The notes below the pieces were generated by a model that made no database searches, had not been told where the DNA came from, and was given only the letters and a program-made list of their open reading frames with translations. Positions 59,133-64,000 of a DNA stretch of 64,000 bases are shown piece after piece. The position numbers and the translations under genes are program-made. This DNA is from Candidatus Adlerbacteria bacterium (GTDB lineage Bacteria; Patescibacteriota; Minisyncoccia; Phycocordibacterales; SBAW01). Numbering within the stretch: the stretch's first letter is position 1; each line of letters begins with the position of its first letter. The DNA lies in contig CAINNF010000023.1 in NCBI GenBank assembly GCA_903851045.1, positions 202-64,201 on the forward strand, written 5' to 3'.

Positions 59133-61415
59133 ATGCACCTGACCGACCCGCTGACCACACACTTTCGGCTCGCGGAGACGCAGCGTTCGGCAATGGCGAA
59201 GCTTGGGGTGATGACCGTGCGTGAGCTGCTCTTCCACTTCCCCTTCCGCTATGACACCGGGGGTGCGGAGTCGAGCATCGCGGGGCTTGTGGCGGGTATG
59301 GATGCGACCATCGTCGGCACTATCGAGAAGCTCGAGACCAAGAAGTCGTGGAAGCGAAAGATCCCGATCTCCGAAGGTGTGCTGCGTGACACGTCGGGAA
59401 AGATTAAGATGATGTTCTTCAACCAGCCGTACATCGCCCGAATGTGGGCTGAGGGGACACGCGTGCAGGCGACGGGAAAGGTCGCGGGCAAGGGGGACAA
59501 GATATATTTAGCGAATCCGCAGCTGCAGAGAATTTCGATCGTTGAAGAAAATCTATTCAAGGCCCAACACGAACATGGGGTGGAGAAGTCTATCGACCTG
59601 GAGACGCAGGAATATCCTTCAAAAAAGTCCTCGGGCCGCCTCAGCGTCCAGGGCGACGCTGTAGGCTTCCAGACTTTTTCTCAGGACATTCCTGAGTCTC
59701 CAGGATTGTTCGCGGTGTATCCAGAGAGCCGCGGGGTGTCGTCGCTGTGGTTTCGGCATGCGATAGCGAAAGTGTTAACACCAGAGACCATCGAGCAGGT
59801 CGAGGACCCTATCCCGCTCGAGCTGCTCAAGCGCTACAATCTGCCCACACTGCGCACGGCGCTCGTGTGGATGCATACACCCGAGAAGTTGAAGGAGGCC
59901 GAGGCCGCGCGCAAGCGCTTCGCCTTCGAGGAGATATTTCTTATCCAGCTCCAGCGTCAGCAGGAGCGCAGGCTCCAGTCGCATGAGAAGAGTTTTGTGA
60001 TCGATGTGCCTAAAAAACAGGTCGAAGGGTTCATGTCGACGTTCCCCTTCACCGCTACTCCGGCACAGATGCACGCGGTTGGCGCGATACTCGGTGACAT
60101 GCGCACCGGGGCGCCGATGTCACGGCTGTTGGAGGGCGACGTCGGCTCTGGCAAGACCGCGGTCGCGGCGACCGCCGCGTATGTCGTCGTGAATACGCGA
60201 CCGACACAGGAGGCAGGCACGCTCACACAAGCAGGCACCCTACAGGTCGCCTATATGGCACCGACAGAGATCTTGGCCAAACAACACTTCGAGTCGTTCA
60301 TACACTATTTCGAGACTGCGCCTATCAACATCGGCCTTATCACGGGCAGCGGATGTTTTAAGTTCCCGTCAAAGGTCGGGAAGGGGCAGTCGACGACCAT
60401 TTCGCGCGCACAGCTACTTAAGTGGGTAGCGAATGGTGAGATCCCGATACTGATAGGCACCCACGCTCTCATCGAGAAGTCGGTGCAGTTCAAACATCTC
60501 GCGCTCGTGGTGATAGACGAGCAACATCGCTTTGGTACCAACCAGCGTCGCACGCTCGCACACAAACACGACCGACTCCCCCACCTCTTGTCGATGACCG
60601 CGACCCCGATCCCGCGTACGCTCGCGCTCACGGTGTACGGCGACCTCGACCTGACATTGCTCGACCAGATGCCGCCGGGGCGCAAGCCGATCATCACCGA
60701 GATAGTGAAGCCGGATGAGCGCCCAAAAGCATATGCAAAAATGCGCGAGCAGCTCGCGGCAGGTCGGCAGGCGTACGTCATTTGTCCACGAATAGAGGAG
60801 CCTGATCCTGAGAAGGCGTTCGCGCTCATGGCGAAGTCGGTGACCGCGGAGGCGAAGCGGCTCAAGAAGGAGGTCTTTCAGGAATACTCGATTGAGATCC
60901 TCCACAGCAAGATGACGCCGAAGGAGAAGGAGGATACGATGGCGCGATTCTCCAATCACGAGATCGATATACTCGTCGCCACCTCGGTCGTCGAGGTGGG
61001 CGTGAACGTCCCGAACGCGACCATAATCTTTATCGAGGGTGCCGAGCGGTTCGGTCTCGCACAGCTCCATCAACTACGTGGGCGCGTCGTGCGCAGTAAC
61101 CACCAAGCATACTGCTTCGTGTGCCCCGAGACGCGCGGCGAGGCGACCATGACACGACTCAAGGCGCTCGTCACCGCCAAGAACGGATTCGAACTCGCGG
61201 AGAAAGACCTGCTGCAACGAGGCGCAGGCGAACTCGCGGGGCGCAAGCAGTGGGGCATTTCCGACATTGGCATGGATGCGCTGAAGAATTTGAAACTCGT
61301 CGAAGCGGCACGCACAGAAGCACTCCAGCTCATTGATCAGGACGAACATCTCTCGAGGTATCCCCTGCTTCGCGAAGCGATCCACGAGCGTGCAAAGTCA
61401 CTTCATTTTGAATAG
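59133..61415 (+). CDS. recG: ATP-dependent DNA helicase RecG
   Basis: 760 aa. Wedge/OB N-domain. Helicase motifs GDVGSGKT, DEQHRFG. C-terminal TRG motif region. Confidence 0.9.
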   Translation: MHLTDPLTTHFRLAETQRSAMAKLGVMTVRELLFHFPFRYDTGGAESSIAGLVAGMDATIVGTIEKLETKKSWKRKIPISEGVLRDTSGKIKMMFFNQPYIARMWAEGTRVQATGKVAGKGDKIYLANPQLQRISIVEENLFKAQHEHGVEKSIDLETQEYPSKKSSGRLSVQGDAVGFQTFSQDIPESPGLFAVYPESRGVSSLWFRHAIAKVLTPETIEQVEDPIPLELLKRYNLPTLRTALVWMHTPEKLKEAEAARKRFAFEEIFLIQLQRQQERRLQSHEKSFVIDVPKKQVEGFMSTFPFTATPAQMHAVGAILGDMRTGAPMSRLLEGDVGSGKTAVAATAAYVVVNTRPTQEAGTLTQAGTLQVAYMAPTEILAKQHFESFIHYFETAPINIGLITGSGCFKFPSKVGKGQSTTISRAQLLKWVANGEIPILIGTHALIEKSVQFKHLALVVIDEQHRFGTNQRRTLAHKHDRLPHLLSMTATPIPRTLALTVYGDLDLTLLDQMPPGRKPIITEIVKPDERPKAYAKMREQLAAGRQAYVICPRIEEPDPEKAFALMAKSVTAEAKRLKKEVFQEYSIEILHSKMTPKEKEDTMARFSNHEIDILVATSVVEVGVNVPNATIIFIEGAERFGLAQLHQLRGRVVRSNHQAYCFVCPETRGEATMTRLKALVTAKNGFELAEKDLLQRGAGELAGRKQWGISDIGMDALKNLKLVEAARTEALQLIDQDEHLSRYPLLREAIHERAKSLHFE

Positions 61416-61457
61416 ATTCTGAGCTATAGTGGCTACGAGTTCCCAGCGGGCGCGTAG

Positions 61458-61529
61458 CTCAGCGGTAGAGCCGTCGTCTTATACACGACTGGTCGAAGGT
61501 TCGATCCCTTCCGCGCCCACTTTTTTATC
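61458..61529 (+). tRNA. tRNA-Ile (TAT)
   Basis: GGGCGCG acceptor, D arm GCTC-AGCGGTA-GAGC, anticodon arm GTCGT-CTTATAC-ACGAC (anticodon TAT), T arm GAAGG-TTCGATC-CCTTC, discriminator A. A T-run follows. CCA is not encoded. Confidence 0.8.
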
Positions 61530-61584
61530 CGACCTCTTTCGTGGTACTGTCAGTTGGGTTCTTTCGATAGAAAGGTTCGAACCG

Positions 61585-62568
61585 ATGCACACTCGACACG
61601 TCGTCAGCGCCAGAGACTTGGGACTCGGTTTTTGTCGTGAGCTCTTCAAGCGCGCTGATGAATATCGAACTCGCCTCGACCGCGACCCGACCTCGTGTAT
61701 CACAGACCTGAGCGGCCGTGTGGCGTTGCTCTGGTTCAGACAACCGTCGACACGCACGCTCGTCTCGTTCGAGATGGCCGCCGTGCGACTGGGGATGAGC
61801 GTGGTCCAGGTCATCGACCCGCAGTTCTCGTCCGAATACAAAGGAGAGTCCGAGGACCACAGCATGCGCACGGTCGCAGGTTACCGACCCGATGCGTTGA
61901 TCATCAGACACAACCAAGAGGGCGGGGTCGCCCGAGCGGCTGCATCCGCTGCGCGAGCGTTCGGCGGACCGGTACCGGTCATCAACGCGGGTGACGGCAA
62001 GGGCGAACACCCGACCCAAGCACTGATCGACGTCTACACGCTCCTGCAGCTGTGGAACAACGGTACGCAGCAGGACCTGTCGGGTGCACACATCGCTATC
62101 GGCGGAGACCTCCAGGGACGAGTCCCTCGTTCGCTCGCGTTCTTGCTTGCCGACTACGGGCCGGAGATCACCTTCATCTCCGCACCCGAGCTTCGTGTCG
62201 GAGAGGACGTGAAGGAGTACCTGCGTACCCGGGACATTTCGTTCACCGAAGAGACCGAGATCGACGGCACGCTCCAGAGAGCGCACTTTTGGTACTGGAC
62301 GCGCACTCAGAACGACCAACGAACCGATAAAGAGAAGGCTCGACTCGCACATGTCGACCCCCGCAGCATGCAGCTGCGGCTGTCGCATGTCCGCGGGATG
62401 CGTAAGGGCGCAAAGATTCTGCACCCGATGCCGATCAACCGCAAGCCAGGCGACGTCAGCGAGATCGAACCAGCGATTGACGATATCGACACGGCAGCCT
62501 ACTGGCAGCAATCGGCGAACGGTCTTTATGTCCGCATGGCAGTGTTGCAGACCCTGTGCTCCCCGTAA
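61585..62568 (+). CDS. pyrB: aspartate carbamoyltransferase catalytic subunit
   Basis: ATG at 61585 (the ORF-track start at 61429 overlaps the tRNA). Motifs STRTLVSFE, HPTQALID, HPMP. Confidence 0.75.
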   Translation: MHTRHVVSARDLGLGFCRELFKRADEYRTRLDRDPTSCITDLSGRVALLWFRQPSTRTLVSFEMAAVRLGMSVVQVIDPQFSSEYKGESEDHSMRTVAGYRPDALIIRHNQEGGVARAAASAARAFGGPVPVINAGDGKGEHPTQALIDVYTLLQLWNNGTQQDLSGAHIAIGGDLQGRVPRSLAFLLADYGPEITFISAPELRVGEDVKEYLRTRDISFTEETEIDGTLQRAHFWYWTRTQNDQRTDKEKARLAHVDPRSMQLRLSHVRGMRKGAKILHPMPINRKPGDVSEIEPAIDDIDTAAYWQQSANGLYVRMAVLQTLCSP

Positions 62569-62575
62569 CGCATAT

Positions 62576-62606
62576 CCGCGCCCCACTTGGGCGCGGATCT
62601 TTTATA
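62576..62606 (+). terminator. rho-independent terminator of pyrB
   Basis: Stem ccgcgccc / gggcgcgg with a 5-nt loop, followed by ATCTTTTAT. Confidence 0.6.
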
Positions 62607-62624
62607 CAGAAAAGACTCTCGGGG

Positions 62625-62897
62625 TTACCGAGAGTCGAAGGGTTGCAGCTCTATCCCTGGCACCAGCGTGACTTGGTCGCACCACACCTGGAACCCGAGC
62701 AGTTCGTTATTGGGTCCGACGATAGCCATTACGCCAGGTATGACCGTCGGATACGTCACACCACCATCCCCCACGCGGACCTCTGCCACGCCAAGATGTG
62801 GAGGGAACCAGCTACTGGGCACGAACCCAAGCGTACCCTCGGGAAGAGGTGCGCCAAGGTTCTCACAGAGTTCAGCCAAAGACGGTAGCTTGGGCAT
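62625..62897 (-). CDS. hypothetical small protein
   Basis: 90-aa ORF between pyrB and ftsH. No supporting signals beyond ORF length. Confidence 0.25.
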   Translation of the reverse strand: MPKLPSLAELCENLGAPLPEGTLGFVPSSWFPPHLGVAEVRVGDGGVTYPTVIPGVMAIVGPNNELLGFQVWCDQVTLVPGIELQPFDSR

Positions 62898-62948
62898 CGA
62901 AAGCTCCTATATCTTGTGTGCCTCTAAAGTCGCAGTGTAGCACGAGTC

Positions 62949-64000
62949 CTAAAAATTCACGACTCCGGGTTTCGTATCGAACTCTTGTTTCTTTTTTGGT
63001 TGGACGCCGTGGATGATGAGGAGCTGTTCGAACTCATCGCGCTCGATAGTCTCTACCTCGACCAGCCGTCCTGCTATAGCGTCGAGCAGGTCGCGATACT
63101 CGGTGATGATGGTCTCGGCCTTCTTGTACGCGTGGTCGATGATCTTCTTTACTTCGGTATCTATCTCGCCAGAAATCTTCTCTGAGTGGGCGCCGTCGAC
63201 ACCGCTGCCGAACATCGCCCGCCCACCGTCGCCTGCGAGCGCTATCGTGCCGACCTTGTCGGACATGCCGTAGCGCGTCACCATGTCGCGCGCGAGCGCG
63301 GTCAGTACCTGGAGGTCGTTGGACGGACCGGTCGTCACGTCACCAAAGACCTCCTTCTCGGCCACGTAGCCGCCGAGCGACATCGCGATGTCATCAAGGA
63401 ACTCTTTCTTGCTCTGCATACGCTTGTCTTCGAACGGGAGCTTGAGCGTGTACCCCGCCGCGCGACCGCGACTGATGATAGAAATTTTATGCACCGGGTC
63501 GGCATACGGTAACAAAGAGGCGACAATCGCATGACCCGCTTCGTGGTAGGCGGTAATCTCCTTCTCCTTCAAGTTCAACACATGGGACTTACGCTCGGGC
63601 CCGAGCATCACCTTCTCGATCGAGCGGATAAGGTCGAACTGCGCGACGGACTTGCGATTCTCACGCGCAGCGAGGATGGCGGCTTCGTTCATGAGGTTGG
63701 CGAGGTCCGCACCGGAGAACCCTGGCGTGCGCTCGGCTATGACGGCCAAGTTCACATCTTCGGCGAGCGGCTTCTTGCGTGCATGGATAGCGAGGATGTC
63801 GAGGCGGTCGCCACGGTCGGGCAGGTCGATGACCACGCGGCGGTCGAAGCGACCCGGGCGCACGAGTGCAGGGTCGAGCACATCGGGGCGGTTGGTCGCC
63901 GCCATGACTATGACCTTCTCGTTGGGTTCGAAGCCGTCCATCTCGACGAGGATCTGGTTGAGCGTCTGTTCGCGCTCGTCGTTACCGCCACCCACGCCGG
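62949..64000 (-). CDS. ftsH: ATP-dependent zinc metalloprotease FtsH (3' portion; 5' end beyond window)
   Basis: AAA+ second region of homology ([21 protein letters not shown]). Zn-binding HEAGHAIVA. The ORF is open to the window end. Confidence 0.85.
   Translation of the reverse strand, partial: GVGGGNDEREQTLNQILVEMDGFEPNEKVIVMAATNRPDVLDPALVRPGRFDRRVVIDLPDRGDRLDILAIHARKKPLAEDVNLAVIAERTPGFSGADLANLMNEAAILAARENRKSVAQFDLIRSIEKVMLGPERKSHVLNLKEKEITAYHEAGHAIVASLLPYADPVHKISIISRGRAAGYTLKLPFEDKRMQSKKEFLDDIAMSLGGYVAEKEVFGDVTTGPSNDLQVLTALARDMVTRYGMSDKVGTIALAGDGGRAMFGSGVDGAHSEKISGEIDTEVKKIIDHAYKKAETIITEYRDLLDAIAGRLVEVETIERDEFEQLLIIHGVQPKKKQEFDTKPGVVNF

Noticed and set aside
61429-61584. 5' extension of the pyrB ORF overlapping tRNA-Ile
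   Set aside because: The extension overlaps the tRNA and a T-run. A proper ATG exists at 61585.

Overview
This 64-kb window is high-GC (about 58-60%) bacterial chromosome from an organism that uses strong GGAGG-type ribosome-binding sites and the standard genetic code (TGA is used as a stop). The gene content may suggest a Patescibacteria/CPR-like lineage, but this is a low-confidence inference. Supporting it are many short hypothetical proteins, a type IV pilus locus with ComFC, an ECF sigma factor paired with a Ser/Thr-rich anti-sigma protein, and GatCA.

Core housekeeping genes are present: ABC-F ATPase, GatA/GatC, NAD-dependent DNA ligase, malic enzyme, RecG, PyrB, and the 3' part of FtsH running off the window end. 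There are four tRNAs: an initiator tRNA-fMet, tRNA-Ser(GCT), a second type-II tRNA with an unusual ACT anticodon, and tRNA-Ile(TAT).

About 16 kb (12.8-28.8 kb) is a single type IV pilus / competence locus. It holds seven prepilin-type genes, PilD, PilC, PilT, PilB, PilM and PilN/O-like proteins, a roughly 1,090-aa repetitive surface protein that appears split by a frameshift, and ComFC.

The most interesting region is 35.6-44.4 kb. A co-directional gene string is PP2C phosphatase -> Ser/Thr-kinase-like protein with a zinc ribbon -> nicotinamidase (PncA-like) with an N-terminal extension -> vWA protein -> nicotinate phosphoribosyltransferase (PncB-like). It is followed by a convergent NrtR-type Nudix regulator and two paralogous SLOG/LOG-like Rossmann proteins. 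In other words, a TerY-P-like vWA/PP2C/kinase phospho-signalling triad sits inside an NAD-salvage operon. This linkage is not a described system as far as I know.

A second notable region is 53.7-57.1 kb. It is repeat-dense and almost all hypothetical. Three copies of a roughly 80-nt conserved, structurally covarying RNA leader element lie upstream of paralogous small genes. The segment is bracketed by two roughly 100-nt direct repeats that each contain an internal inverted repeat, and it carries two identical 23-nt terminator repeats. Next to it (57.6-57.8 kb) is an sRNA candidate with a near-consensus promoter and a 12-bp terminator stem.

There are also compositional islands. One is an AT-rich gene beside a DUF3800 gene at 5.3-6.8 kb. 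The other is a low-GC gene directly downstream of the odd tRNA at 45.3 kb.

No CRISPR array, rRNA, transposase or integrase was recognised.
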